In this document: piece after piece, positions 29,410-39,490 of the stretch
Layout: every line of letters begins with the position of its first letter
Numbering within the stretch: position 1 is the stretch's first letter
Assembly (NCBI GenBank): GCA_964391115.1
Contig: CAYMLE010000002.1
Coordinates: forward strand, 1-54,135
From: an uncultured Herbinix sp.
Lineage (GTDB): Bacteria; Bacillota; Clostridia; Lachnospirales; Lachnospiraceae
DNA length: 54,135 bases
Direction of reading: 5' to 3'
Notes under the pieces: generated by a model
Told to the model about the DNA's origin: nothing
Databases searched by the model: none
What the model saw: only the letters and a program-made list of their open reading frames with translations
Made by a program: the position numbers and the translations under genes

Positions 29410-30069
29410 ATGGACTTAAAATTTATTCAAAAATTTACTCCGATGTATATTGAAGCCGGGTTTCTTACACTTCGAATTGCGAGTATAGGGATTCTGCTCT
29501 CAATCATTTTTGGACTGATCTGTAGCTTGATTCGCTATTATAAGGTACCTTTTTTGAGCTCTATCGTCGGAATATATATAGAGCTTTCCAGAAATACTCC
29601 ATTACTCATCCAATTGTTTTTCCTTTATTTCGGTTTGCCAAAGCTAGGTATTCTTCTAAGTTCTGAAACCTGTGCCATCGTTGGATTGATTTTCCTCGGA
29701 GGTAGCTATATGTCGGAAGCATTCCGAAGTGGATTAGAGGCAATACCCGTTATCCAGATTGAATCAGGCTATAGTTTGGGTTTAACGAAATTCCAGGTTG
29801 TAGGTCATATCATATTACCTCAGGCAATTTCCATATCGGTTCCCGCATTTTTGGCAAATATTATTTTCTTAATTAAGGAAACATCCGTTTTCAGTGCGGT
29901 TGCCTTAGCCGATTTGATGTTTGTAGCAAAGGATCTAATCGGCTTATATTACAAAACGGATGAAGCACTATTAATGCTGGTAGTTGCATATTCTATCATT
30001 CTTTTACCGATATCCATTATCTTTACATTCATAGAGAGGAAGCTAAGATATGCAGGATTTGGGCATTAA
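29410..30069 (+). CDS. Polar amino acid ABC permease
   Basis: RNTPLLIQL, EAFRSG, LIKETS. Confidence 0.92.
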   Translation: MDLKFIQKFTPMYIEAGFLTLRIASIGILLSIIFGLICSLIRYYKVPFLSSIVGIYIELSRNTPLLIQLFFLYFGLPKLGILLSSETCAIVGLIFLGGSYMSEAFRSGLEAIPVIQIESGYSLGLTKFQVVGHIILPQAISISVPAFLANIIFLIKETSVFSAVALADLMFVAKDLIGLYYKTDEALLMLVVAYSIILLPISIIFTFIERKLRYAGFGH

Positions 30070-30727
30070 AGTATTATTTCAAGGAAGAAATTTTATAAGA
30101 CTGTTGGAAGGGCTTTGGGTTACCATAGGCATTTCCTTGATGGCTGTAACACTTTCCATTATCCTGGGTATTTTCCTTGGAATGATTATGACAATTAAGA
30201 ATTCCATAATAAGAATAATTACAAGAGTATATCTTGAATTTGTACGTATTATGCCACAGTTGGTTCTGTTATTTATCGTATACTTTGGAATTACGAAAGC
30301 CTGGGGAATTCATATTTCAGGAGAGCTTTCTGCAGTTATTGTGTTTACCCTTTGGGGTACGGCAGAAATGGGAGATCTAGTTCGAGGAGCACTTATTTCA
30401 ATGCCTAAACATCAATATGAAAGCGGGAAGGCAATCGGATTAAATAATATACAGATATATCAATATATCATAGTACCCCAGGCAATACGGAGATTGTTAC
30501 CTCTGGCGATAAATTTGGTTACTAGAATGATTAAGACGACATCTCTGGTTGTCTTAATCGGAGTGGTAGAGGTTGTGAAGGTTGGCCAACAGATTATTGA
30601 GTCCTCCCGGCTATCTGTACCCTCGGCATCTTTATGGATCTATGGTGTGATTTTTTTCTTATATTTTATAATATGTTATCCAATATCTTTGTTGGCATCT
30701 AGATTGGAAAAAGCATGGAAGAATTGA
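30050..30727 (+). CDS. Polar amino acid ABC permease
   Basis: RIMPQLV, DLVRGA, MIKTTS. Confidence 0.92.
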   Translation: MQDLGIKVLFQGRNFIRLLEGLWVTIGISLMAVTLSIILGIFLGMIMTIKNSIIRIITRVYLEFVRIMPQLVLLFIVYFGITKAWGIHISGELSAVIVFTLWGTAEMGDLVRGALISMPKHQYESGKAIGLNNIQIYQYIIVPQAIRRLLPLAINLVTRMIKTTSLVVLIGVVEVVKVGQQIIESSRLSVPSASLWIYGVIFFLYFIICYPISLLASRLEKAWKN

Positions 30728-30742
30728 GGTGAGTTTAGGTTC

Positions 30743-31492
30743 ATGAAAAATGAAAAAATTTTAGAGATAAAAAATATAAATAAAAGTTATGATGATTTGC
30801 AGGTCATTAAGAATTTAAACCTATCAATTGATCAGGGCGAGGTGGTTGTCGTAGTTGGACCCTCTGGTTGCGGTAAGAGTACCCTGCTTCGATGTATTAA
30901 CGGTCTGGAAGTGATTCAATCCGGTGAGATATTGCTTCAAGGAGAACGAATTAGCGGTCAGACCAAGAATATGCATCTTGTCCGTCAGAAGATAGGCATG
31001 GTATTTCAAAGCTATGACTTGTTTCCCCATATGACGATTCGAAATAATATACTTCTGGGACCATTAAAAGCCCAGAATAGGGATAAGAAGGAGGTGGAGA
31101 AGAAAGCAGAGGAGCTCCTAAAGAGAGTTGGTCTTCTGGATAAGAAGGATGCTTACCCAAGACAGCTTTCCGGTGGACAGAAGCAAAGAGTAGCAATTGT
31201 TAGAGCCTTGTGTATGAATCCGGAGATCATGCTGTTTGATGAAGTAACAGCAGCCTTGGATCCAGAGATGGTCCGAGAGGTACTGGATGTAATGCTACAG
31301 CTGGCGAAGGAGGGCAGTACCATGGTTATTGTTACCCATGAGATGCAATTTGCCCGGGCGATCGCTGATCGTATTGTATTTATGGATCAAGGGGAAATTG
31401 TGGAGGTCAGTAAGCCCTCTGAATTCTTTACCAATCCAAAGACCGATCGAGCGAGACAATTTTTAAATCTGTTCGAATTTTCAAAAGAATAA
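30743..31492 (+). CDS. Polar amino acid ABC ATP-binding protein
   Basis: GPSGCGKST, LSGGQKQR, DEVTAALDPE, VTHEM. Confidence 0.94.
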   Translation: MKNEKILEIKNINKSYDDLQVIKNLNLSIDQGEVVVVVGPSGCGKSTLLRCINGLEVIQSGEILLQGERISGQTKNMHLVRQKIGMVFQSYDLFPHMTIRNNILLGPLKAQNRDKKEVEKKAEELLKRVGLLDKKDAYPRQLSGGQKQRVAIVRALCMNPEIMLFDEVTAALDPEMVREVLDVMLQLAKEGSTMVIVTHEMQFARAIADRIVFMDQGEIVEVSKPSEFFTNPKTDRARQFLNLFEFSKE

Positions 31493-31542
31493 ATAACCAA
31501 AGAAAAGTAAAGAAATCAAAAAAATTAAAGGGAGAATTTTGT

Positions 31543-32403
31543 ATGAAAAAATTAAAGAAATTAATCACCTTACTATTAATATTTACTATCGTTGCAGTTG
31601 CTTTTGCAGGCTGCTCTGCAACCGGAAAAGATTCTAAAAAAACTGGCACTGCCAGAACGCTGGAGGAGATTAAGGCCAGTGGAACGATTGTAATTGGTGT
31701 ATTCAGTGACAAGAAGCCTTTTGGTTATGTAGATGACCAGGGAGAATACCAGGGGTATGATGTATACTTTGGTAACCGGATTGCTAAGGACCTCGGTGTA
31801 AAGGTAGAATATGTCGCAGTGGATCCGGCCAGTCGTGTGGAGTATCTGGTAACTGCAAAGGTTGATATTATCCTTGCTAACTTTACCGTCACAAAAGAAA
31901 GAGCAGAGCAGGTTGATTTTGCCCTTCCTTACATGAAGGTATCCTTAGGTGTTGTATCTACGGAGAACGCATTAATTACTGATGTGGAGCAGTTGAAGGA
32001 GAAGACCCTTATTGTTAGTAAAGGAACTACGGCAGAAACCTTCTTTACCGAAAACTATCCAGAAGTTAAGTTATTAAAATTTGATCAATACAGTGATGCT
32101 TACGGTGCTCTTTTGGATGGCCGTGGAGATGCATTTTCCACTGATAATACGGAAGTTCTTGCATGGGCGATAGAAAACAATGGATATCAGGTAGGGATTG
32201 AATCTCTAGGGAGCCTCGACACCATCGCACCGGCTGTACAGAAGGGAAATAAGGAGCTTCTGGATTGGTTGAATGATGAAATCAAAGCTTTGGGGGAGGA
32301 GAGCTTCTTCCACGCAAACTATGAGGAAACCTTAGCTCCGGTATATGGAGATGCAGCGGATCCCGACAGTCTCGTGGTAGAAGGTGGAGTTGTAGAAGAA
32401 TAG
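31543..32403 (+). CDS. Cysteine ABC substrate-binding lipoprotein (CjaA-like)
   Basis: Lipobox FAGC; IGVFSDKKPFGYVD and KVDIILANFT...RAEQVDFALPYMKV closely resemble CjaA. Confidence 0.85.
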   Translation: MKKLKKLITLLLIFTIVAVAFAGCSATGKDSKKTGTARTLEEIKASGTIVIGVFSDKKPFGYVDDQGEYQGYDVYFGNRIAKDLGVKVEYVAVDPASRVEYLVTAKVDIILANFTVTKERAEQVDFALPYMKVSLGVVSTENALITDVEQLKEKTLIVSKGTTAETFFTENYPEVKLLKFDQYSDAYGALLDGRGDAFSTDNTEVLAWAIENNGYQVGIESLGSLDTIAPAVQKGNKELLDWLNDEIKALGEESFFHANYEETLAPVYGDAADPDSLVVEGGVVEE

Positions 32404-32626
32404 TATAACAAGAAACCGATTCATATATAAGGGCAAGCAAATGCGTGTTAATCCCGTAATATTGGGCATCATGCCTTCGTTTGCCCTTTTATTCTAGGTG
32501 TGTACTTATTCGATTGTACTACTCATTGTATTACGTGACAGTATTACTTGATTGATTTATTCGTTTACTCTACATAGAGAGGACTGTTAATCATCAAGTA
32601 ATTGATAGGAGCTGTACGAATAATAT

Positions 32627-33301
32627 TTATCTGGAATAAGGATAGGTTGGATCAGCAAAGTAGGGTAGTGTAAATTCAACTGTTACCATGGCGACTATTT
32701 CTTTGGTACCTGGCTCGATTGGAGTGACAGCAAGACTATCTCTCATTGCAAATTGTTGCCCAAACGGTATCGGTACAGAACCATTTTCTGTGATACAAAT
32801 AGGAATGGGATCCATGGGATAGCCTAGGTTACTGGAAACAGATTTTGCTTTATCAATCGCATTTTCTACAGCAAGATTTAGGGCTTCCTGATAAAAATAA
32901 TCCAGGTTGGATATCTCAAAGGAGATAAATTCTACCACGTTAGCACCATTTTGGACGGCTGAATCTATGATATAGCCCAGCTGATCCAACTGATCCGTTT
33001 GAAACTCCAGAATATTACGTACTGAAAATCCACGGTCGATTCTGGTACCATCCTGGAAGTCATACAATCGATCAACCTGATATTGGAAGGTATTGATGTC
33101 ATTCACTCCTAATTGCCTTAAGATCAATAGGACGGCCTGGCTTAATCTAGCATTTTCCTCCTGTATGTCCTGAAGCTTATCACCTGTGGTCTGTACTCCC
33201 AATCGTACCACGGCCATATCTGGTTCTACAGATACCTCCCCGCGACCGGTTAAGGTCATACAGCCATTGTTTATATTCTGTTGTATACATTCTTTTGACA
33301 T
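32627..33301 (-). CDS. SIMPL (DUF541) domain protein
   Basis: GRGEVSVEPDMA, AVQNGAN, AVENAIDKA, PIEPG. Confidence 0.85.
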   Translation of the reverse strand: MSKECIQQNINNGCMTLTGRGEVSVEPDMAVVRLGVQTTGDKLQDIQEENARLSQAVLLILRQLGVNDINTFQYQVDRLYDFQDGTRIDRGFSVRNILEFQTDQLDQLGYIIDSAVQNGANVVEFISFEISNLDYFYQEALNLAVENAIDKAKSVSSNLGYPMDPIPICITENGSVPIPFGQQFAMRDSLAVTPIEPGTKEIVAMVTVEFTLPYFADPTYPYSR

Positions 33302-33497
33302 TTATTGAGCTCCCTATAGTTTCTTACTGAAATATATGAATGAAAACGTAAAAAAATCCCATAATCAATATAAACATTGATAATCCTGTTTCTTAACCAA
33401 TGTACAAAGCTGTGTTTTCTTGCCTTCCTTTATATTATCTGTTACCATAGTGGTTAAATGAAGATTGGAATGGAGCAATAATACGAGGAGGATGACG

Positions 33498-34217
33498 ATG
33501 AATACGATTATTTTTGACTTGGATGGAACACTGTTGCCGATGGATCAAGATGTGTTTCTAGAGACTTATTTTAAAGCGCTGACGACGAAGATGGTGCCCT
33601 ATGGAATAGATCCCAAGCGATTGATTAAGGCAGTATATGCAGGAATCAATGCTATGATAAATAATGATGGAACAATGACAAATGAGATGCGTTTTTGGAA
33701 AGCCTTTATTAATCTGGAGGGTGAAGAGGTTCGAAAGCTAGAGCCGGTTTTCATGGATTTTTATGAGAATGATTTTAATCAAGTCAAATCAGCTACTACA
33801 ACAAACCAATATGCTACTAAAGTAGTCCAAATTCTCCAGGAGAAGGGTTATGAACTTGTTCTTGCCACCAATCCGCTATTTCCTCGAATCGCTACCCAAA
33901 ACAGAATACAATGGGCAGGATTGAAGCCGGAGGACTTTGGGTGGATTACTACCTATGAGAATTCCTCCTATTGCAAACCAAACTTGGAGTACTATAATGA
34001 GGTTCTTAAATTTATTGGTAAGAGACCAGAAGAATGCCTTATGGTAGGTAATAATATGGAAGAGGATATGATTGTATCGGAGCTCGGGATCGATACCTAC
34101 CTACTGAAGGATTGCTTAATAAATCGCAAGAATGAAGACATCTCTACTTTTCGACAGGGAAGCTTTAAAGAATTTTATGAATATGTAATGGAATTACCAA
34201 GGATACAGCAATCATAA
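33498..34217 (+). CDS. HAD-family hydrolase
   Basis: FDLDGTL, LATN, KP, MVGN. Confidence 0.9.
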   Translation: MNTIIFDLDGTLLPMDQDVFLETYFKALTTKMVPYGIDPKRLIKAVYAGINAMINNDGTMTNEMRFWKAFINLEGEEVRKLEPVFMDFYENDFNQVKSATTTNQYATKVVQILQEKGYELVLATNPLFPRIATQNRIQWAGLKPEDFGWITTYENSSYCKPNLEYYNEVLKFIGKRPEECLMVGNNMEEDMIVSELGIDTYLLKDCLINRKNEDISTFRQGSFKEFYEYVMELPRIQQS

Positions 34218-34419
34218 CACTAGAAGAGATAGGATCGATCATAGATCAATCCATATAAAATGGTCTATACCAGAGTTTTGAATAAACCTTCTGAGATAGT
34301 CCATTTTATATACTATCATAGCGTTAGACGATGTATTCAGAAGAATTTCAGCAGATAAACTTCTTGCTTCTTCTAAATGATCACGTTCATTATTACTTTC
34401 GTTTATTTGAGGATTGACA

Positions 34420-34791
34420 CTATGCAGTCAGATGGTAAAAGAACGGCAAGAGTAAAACCCAAACTAAATGAGTTATGTTGACTAAAGCATAAATAGTTAA
34501 AGATATATTAATGCCTATATTAGTAGCTCGTAGTCCTGAGTTGTCGGATGTACAGATCCTTTTGTATAGATAGAAGAGTAGACCGGCAGGTAATATAACC
34601 TTAAGTAATAGGCTTAAGACAGGACTCTCTACGGCATTTACCATGAAGATATTAACTTCTGAAAAGAAGCCCGTTTGAAGTAGCATTAAGGTGAATATTA
34701 TATCCGTAACATTAAGTATATAAAGAAGAATTAGTTTTCTTCTGATTATCTCTAGATTATAGTTTTTGATAAAAGTAATCATATGGCTCAC
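34420..34791 (-). CDS. Small membrane protein (DUF5658-like)
   Basis: LNVTDIIFT...F.EVNIFM motif; AGGAGG RBS. Confidence 0.7.
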   Translation of the reverse strand: MSHMITFIKNYNLEIIRRKLILLYILNVTDIIFTLMLLQTGFFSEVNIFMVNAVESPVLSLLLKVILPAGLLFYLYKRICTSDNSGLRATNIGINISLTIYALVNITHLVWVLLLPFFYHLTA

Positions 34792-35124
34792 CTCCTATCG
34801 AAAGTATTGCCAGGATATGGAAAGCTATTCTATGTTATATGAAATAAGAAAGAAAAAGTACCTGTCCAAAATTGGTTAATAAAAAGACCTTTATACCTTT
34901 GCATTTCGGATAAAGCTCGTCCACAAAAATCGGGACTTATAATATATATATGATAAATATTTTAATTCATGCAGTAATATATTATAAAAAGATTATTTTT
35001 AGGGGGATTCAGATGATTTGCCAGAATTGTAAAGGAGAAACCAGATGGTTGTGGACGAATTCCTTAGAAAAGGATATAATTAAGTTAAACGAATACAAAG
35101 GCGAATAGGTGTAGGAGGAATGAT

Positions 35125-36066
35125 ATGCTGGGTGAAAAACGATTTGCAGTTTTAATCGATGCAGATAATGTATCTGCAAAATATATCAAATATATATTGG
35201 ATGAGATATCTGATTATGGTGTTGCCACCTACAAGAGAATATATGCTGATTGGACAAAGCCAAGTGCCAACTCGTGGAAGGATGTATTATTAGAGAATTC
35301 CGTTACACCGGTTCAACAGTATGGCTATACAGTGGGAAAGAATGCAACGGACTCAGCCATGATTATTGATGCTATGGATATTCTGTATTCCGGAAATGTT
35401 GAGGGCTTTTGCATAGTTTCAAGTGATAGTGATTTTACTAAGCTTTCCTCTCGTCTCAGAGAATCCGGTATGCTGGTCGTAGGTATGGGGGAGAGAAAGA
35501 CTCCAAAGCCCTTTATTGCTTCCTGTAACCAGTTTAAATATCTGGATGTCTTAGCTGAGACAGAGAAGGCATCGATTGAGATGGAACAGCAATCAGCGAG
35601 GGCAGGCCGAACGAATGATAAGAAGTTAGACCATAAAGATGTGGAAGATCCAGAAAACATTAATAAAGTAGACAAGGATTCGAACCTACCGGATAATGGT
35701 GATCCTGTTAAGAATATGACGGATATCAATGTTATTAAAGCTACCATTTTGAAAATGATGAATGACGTAGATGAAGGGGATCAAAGTATGAATATGGGGG
35801 AACTGGGTAGCCGATTGGTCAAGAGGTATCCAGACTTTGATGTTCGTAACTATGGTGATACCAAGTTATCAAAATTCTTAAAGAAATTTGACTTCCTTGA
35901 GATAAAAACCAATGGCAAGGGTGGCAGTTCTATGTGGGTTTCTTTAAAGGCCGATATCGCCGAATCCAATGATGCCGTTGAACCCACGGAGCCAAATCCG
36001 ATGAAGCAAATAAAACCAAGATCCAGAAAAAAACGTAATTATAAGAAGACATCGAATCCCAAATAA
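35125..36066 (+). CDS. NYN-domain protein with OST-HTH/LOTUS domain
   Basis: LIDADN, GKNATD, SSDSDF, PDFDVRNYG. Confidence 0.9.
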   Translation: MLGEKRFAVLIDADNVSAKYIKYILDEISDYGVATYKRIYADWTKPSANSWKDVLLENSVTPVQQYGYTVGKNATDSAMIIDAMDILYSGNVEGFCIVSSDSDFTKLSSRLRESGMLVVGMGERKTPKPFIASCNQFKYLDVLAETEKASIEMEQQSARAGRTNDKKLDHKDVEDPENINKVDKDSNLPDNGDPVKNMTDINVIKATILKMMNDVDEGDQSMNMGELGSRLVKRYPDFDVRNYGDTKLSKFLKKFDFLEIKTNGKGGSSMWVSLKADIAESNDAVEPTEPNPMKQIKPRSRKKRNYKKTSNPK

Positions 36067-36087
36067 CCTAGGACATCGTATAAAAGA

Positions 36088-36834
36088 ATGAAAACACTAA
36101 GAAGTAATAAATCAAAAACAATAGAACTACTCATTGATAATAGGGTGGTCCAGGTGGAGCGTAAGAAAATCAAAAACATGTATCTACGGGTACGCCCGCC
36201 CCAGGGAAGTATTCATATCTCTGCACCCATTCGAACTCATGAGGATTCAATTCGTGCTTTTGTTCATGCAAAGCAGGAGTGGATTACTATGCAATTAGAA
36301 CGTATTCAGGAAAATCCTGAAAACAATCCTAGGAATCCTTACAGTGAACCTCTTACCTATCGATCCGGTGACTCACTATATCTATGGGGGAAAGAATATC
36401 TTCTGTCTGTAGAATATTTGCAACAGAAAAACCAGGTCCTTCGAGGAGAGGATGATATTCTATTGATGGTTAAGAAATCGGAAGATACAAGCACTACAGA
36501 AGAACGAAAGACAATTATCATAAAATGGTATCGTCAGATATTAAATGATGAAATCCCCCTCTATATGCATCAATGGGAAAACATCATCGGAGTGAAAGCC
36601 AATAGCTTTACTATACGGGATATGAAGACTCGCTGGGGTACCTGTAATATCCGCGACAAGAAGATATGTCTAAACCTACAGCTGGTGAAAAAATCACCGG
36701 AAGGGTTGGAGTATGTTATTGTCCATGAACTAGTTCATCTGTTGGAACGAAGCCATAATCAAGTATTCAAGGCCTATATGACAAAATTTCTTCCAGATTG
36801 GAAGGAACGAAAGTATCGCCTTAATTATGGGTAA
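36088..36834 (+). CDS. YgjP/DUF45 (SprT-like) zinc metallo-hydrolase
   Basis: MKTRWGTCN, YVIVHELVHL..H. Confidence 0.88.
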   Translation: MKTLRSNKSKTIELLIDNRVVQVERKKIKNMYLRVRPPQGSIHISAPIRTHEDSIRAFVHAKQEWITMQLERIQENPENNPRNPYSEPLTYRSGDSLYLWGKEYLLSVEYLQQKNQVLRGEDDILLMVKKSEDTSTTEERKTIIIKWYRQILNDEIPLYMHQWENIIGVKANSFTIRDMKTRWGTCNIRDKKICLNLQLVKKSPEGLEYVIVHELVHLLERSHNQVFKAYMTKFLPDWKERKYRLNYG

Positions 36835-36861
36835 TAATAAGAAAAAGACAGTAATATATTT

Positions 36862-36934
36862 AGAAGGCTGAGTTTGTCTGTACAAGGGCACATGATCGTA
36901 CGCTTGTAACATTCAAATCCAGCCTTCTGTTTTT
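36862..36934. terminator. Inverted repeat between convergent genes
   Basis: AGAAGGCTG...CAGCCTTCT. Confidence 0.55.
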
Positions 36935-36982
36935 ACGTTAGTATGAATAATAGTCCTGCAAATGACATGTGGGCCATGGTTA

Positions 36983-38731
36983 TCACTGGTTCAGGTTTTC
37001 ATGCGCTAGACTGAGTCTACGATATAAGCCCTCTTCATTGATCAATGTTTCATGAGTACCCTCTTGGACAATACGACCTTCCTCTAAAACCAGAATCAGA
37101 TCGGCATTTCGTATCGTGGATAACCGATGAGCGATGGCGATTATCGTTCTGGTGCCAGCTAGATCAGCGATTGCCTTCTGAATCTCTCTCTCTGTTTCCA
37201 CATCCACGGATGCAGTTGCCTCATCCAGAATAATGATCGGAGCCTTACGAAGGATTGCTCGAGCGATGGCGATTCTCTGTTTTTGACCGCCAGATAGACG
37301 CATGCCTCGTTCTCCGACTTTAGTATCATATTTATCCGGCATCTCGATAATATTATCGTGAATTCTTGCAGCCTTTGCAGCAATTATAATCTCTTCCCGG
37401 CTAGCTGTAGGATCTGCATAACCAATATTATCTGCGATTGTCCCGTTAAATAAGAAGGTATCTTGAAGTACTGGTGCTATATTCGCACGAAGACTTTGGA
37501 GAGTAACCTCCTTAATATCGGTTCCATCAATCAGTACTCGTCCTAAGCTGGGATCATAATATCTGGAGATAAGCTGAGTCAGAGTAGTCTTGCCCACACC
37601 AGTCGGACCGACTAGAGCAACCATCTGTCCAGGCTTACAGGAGAAATCAATACCATTAAGTACCGGACTGTTTTCCTCGTATTGAAAATCAACTGCTTCA
37701 AAGGTAATGCTACCATGAACCTCGGTCAGTTCTTTGGCTTCCGGCGAATTAACGATGTCGTTGGGAGTGTCAAGAATCATCATAACTCGTTCTGCACCAG
37801 CATAGGCCTGCTGTGTCTCCTCTAGGATTCTGGCAATGCCGGAAATAGGTGCATAAAAGAGTGAGAGGTATAGTAAAAAAGCAACGATATCCGATATGGA
37901 TAATTCGCCTCCAAAAGCAAGTAGTCCACCGACACCCACCACGATAACTGTTCCGGTAGAGGATAAAAACTCAACTCCAGGATGAAACATAGCACTTAGG
38001 TTCAAAGCATGTAGGATTGATTTTGTATAAACATTCGTCTGATTTTTTACCAGTTTCTTTTCATATTCTTCCTGTCCAAAAGCCTGTATCTCCTGAATTC
38101 CAGAGAAATTATCCTGTAATTTTGAATTGAGATCAGCCAAGGATTTGTGAGCGGTTCTAAAATTTGGACGGATTTTTGTTGAGAAAATCCAACCGGAGAT
38201 TAGAATAAAAGGAATCGGGATACAGGTCAATAGAGCCAGCCTTACATTGATGGTCATTAGGATGGCCATAACTCCTATAACAGTGACCAGATTAGTAACC
38301 ATTTCTGGAATGATGTGAGCGTATAAAAGCTCAAACGTGGCGGTATCATTTACCACACGACTCATCAGGTCACCAGTCTGTTTATCCGAGAAGAAGCTCA
38401 TAGAGAAATTTTGTATCTTAGAATAAACTCTAATTCTAAGGTCCTCCACCAGATTCCAGGCTGCTTTATGGGCTAAATAATTGCTGAGATAGCGAAATAA
38501 AATACGGATGAGATAGAGGACAATTAAGGAAATAGTAATCAGAAGTAATTTATCACGATAGATTTGAGTTAAGGGCTGTCTGCTTCCCTTCTCTACCATC
38601 TCCGTCATGGAACTGAGTAGCTTTGGGGTTATCAGGTTAACTACTGTCAAAGAAAAGGTTGCCATAATTGCTATCAGATACATCCCCTTATATCGGATTG
38701 CTTCTTTTCCTAAGCGCCATAGTAGTTTCAT
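36983..38731 (-). CDS. ABC exporter, fused permease/ATPase
   Basis: TGDLMSR, GPTGVGKT, LSGGQKQR, DEATASVD. Confidence 0.93.
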   Translation of the reverse strand: MKLLWRLGKEAIRYKGMYLIAIMATFSLTVVNLITPKLLSSMTEMVEKGSRQPLTQIYRDKLLLITISLIVLYLIRILFRYLSNYLAHKAAWNLVEDLRIRVYSKIQNFSMSFFSDKQTGDLMSRVVNDTATFELLYAHIIPEMVTNLVTVIGVMAILMTINVRLALLTCIPIPFILISGWIFSTKIRPNFRTAHKSLADLNSKLQDNFSGIQEIQAFGQEEYEKKLVKNQTNVYTKSILHALNLSAMFHPGVEFLSSTGTVIVVGVGGLLAFGGELSISDIVAFLLYLSLFYAPISGIARILEETQQAYAGAERVMMILDTPNDIVNSPEAKELTEVHGSITFEAVDFQYEENSPVLNGIDFSCKPGQMVALVGPTGVGKTTLTQLISRYYDPSLGRVLIDGTDIKEVTLQSLRANIAPVLQDTFLFNGTIADNIGYADPTASREEIIIAAKAARIHDNIIEMPDKYDTKVGERGMRLSGGQKQRIAIARAILRKAPIIILDEATASVDVETEREIQKAIADLAGTRTIIAIAHRLSTIRNADLILVLEEGRIVQEGTHETLINEEGLYRRLSLAHENLNQ

Positions 38732-38883
38732 AATATTTATCCTCCTAAGTAGTCATATGTTCCTATTTTACCATAAAAAATGTGGAATGTCTTTATTTTC
38801 GATAAGGTTTTCGATGCAATGTATAATATATAACACTTTGTTAATCCTAAATAGAAATAGTTTCTCGAAGGGAGTGGATCACG

Positions 38884-39345
38884 ATGTTACGAAGAAAACA
38901 TATACTGCCTCCAACTTCTAATAGAGTATTCTTAAGGACAGATCCCTTAATTAATGCTGAGATTAGAAACCAAACCTTAAGAAATCTCAACATATTTAAG
39001 GGTTGTACGAAGGAGGATATTACCGAACGAATAAGAGCACTTAATCTAGAATGGGATACCGAGAGAGTATTGGAGGCAAACGTAGCGGTATTGATTCTAC
39101 TGAGCTCAATCTTAGGGATAAAAACAAGTCGTTGTTGGTTCCTTTTAACTGGTGCAATTGGAGCCTTTTTACTTCAGCATTCTTTACAGGGGTGGTGTCC
39201 ACCGGTGCCTATTATTCGAAGGTGGGGTGTGAGAACGGAGGACGAAATTAACGCTGAAAAGACGGTTTTGAAAATGTTCCGTGGTGATTTCAAGGTGGAA
39301 AATTCCTCTATAGAGGAGGTTCTAGATATCGTTGAAAAACTATAG
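38884..39345 (+). CDS. DUF2892-like membrane protein
   Basis: EWDTERVLE, FLLQHSLQGWCPP, GVRTEDEI. Confidence 0.75.
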   Translation: MLRRKHILPPTSNRVFLRTDPLINAEIRNQTLRNLNIFKGCTKEDITERIRALNLEWDTERVLEANVAVLILLSSILGIKTSRCWFLLTGAIGAFLLQHSLQGWCPPVPIIRRWGVRTEDEINAEKTVLKMFRGDFKVENSSIEEVLDIVEKL

Positions 39346-39480
39346 TGAAAATTCCTATTGGTATTGTAGAGGCACTATAGTAAAAGGTTTACGGTATTAT
39401 AGAGACATTATAGTGAGAATTCGTATGGGTTTCAGAAAACCATAGTAAAAGTCTTACAGATTTATAAAAATTATAGTAAG
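39341..39480. repeat. Degenerate 31-35 bp tandem repeat anchored on (T/C)ATAGT(G/A)A
   Basis: Anchors at 39341, 39376, 39409, 39441 and 39472. Confidence 0.6.
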
Positions 39481-39490
39481 GAAGTATTCA

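Noticed and set aside
35125-36834. NYN plus YgjP pair as a defence or toxin-antitoxin system
   Set aside because: Both families are common stand-alone genes and there is no restriction-modification or island context
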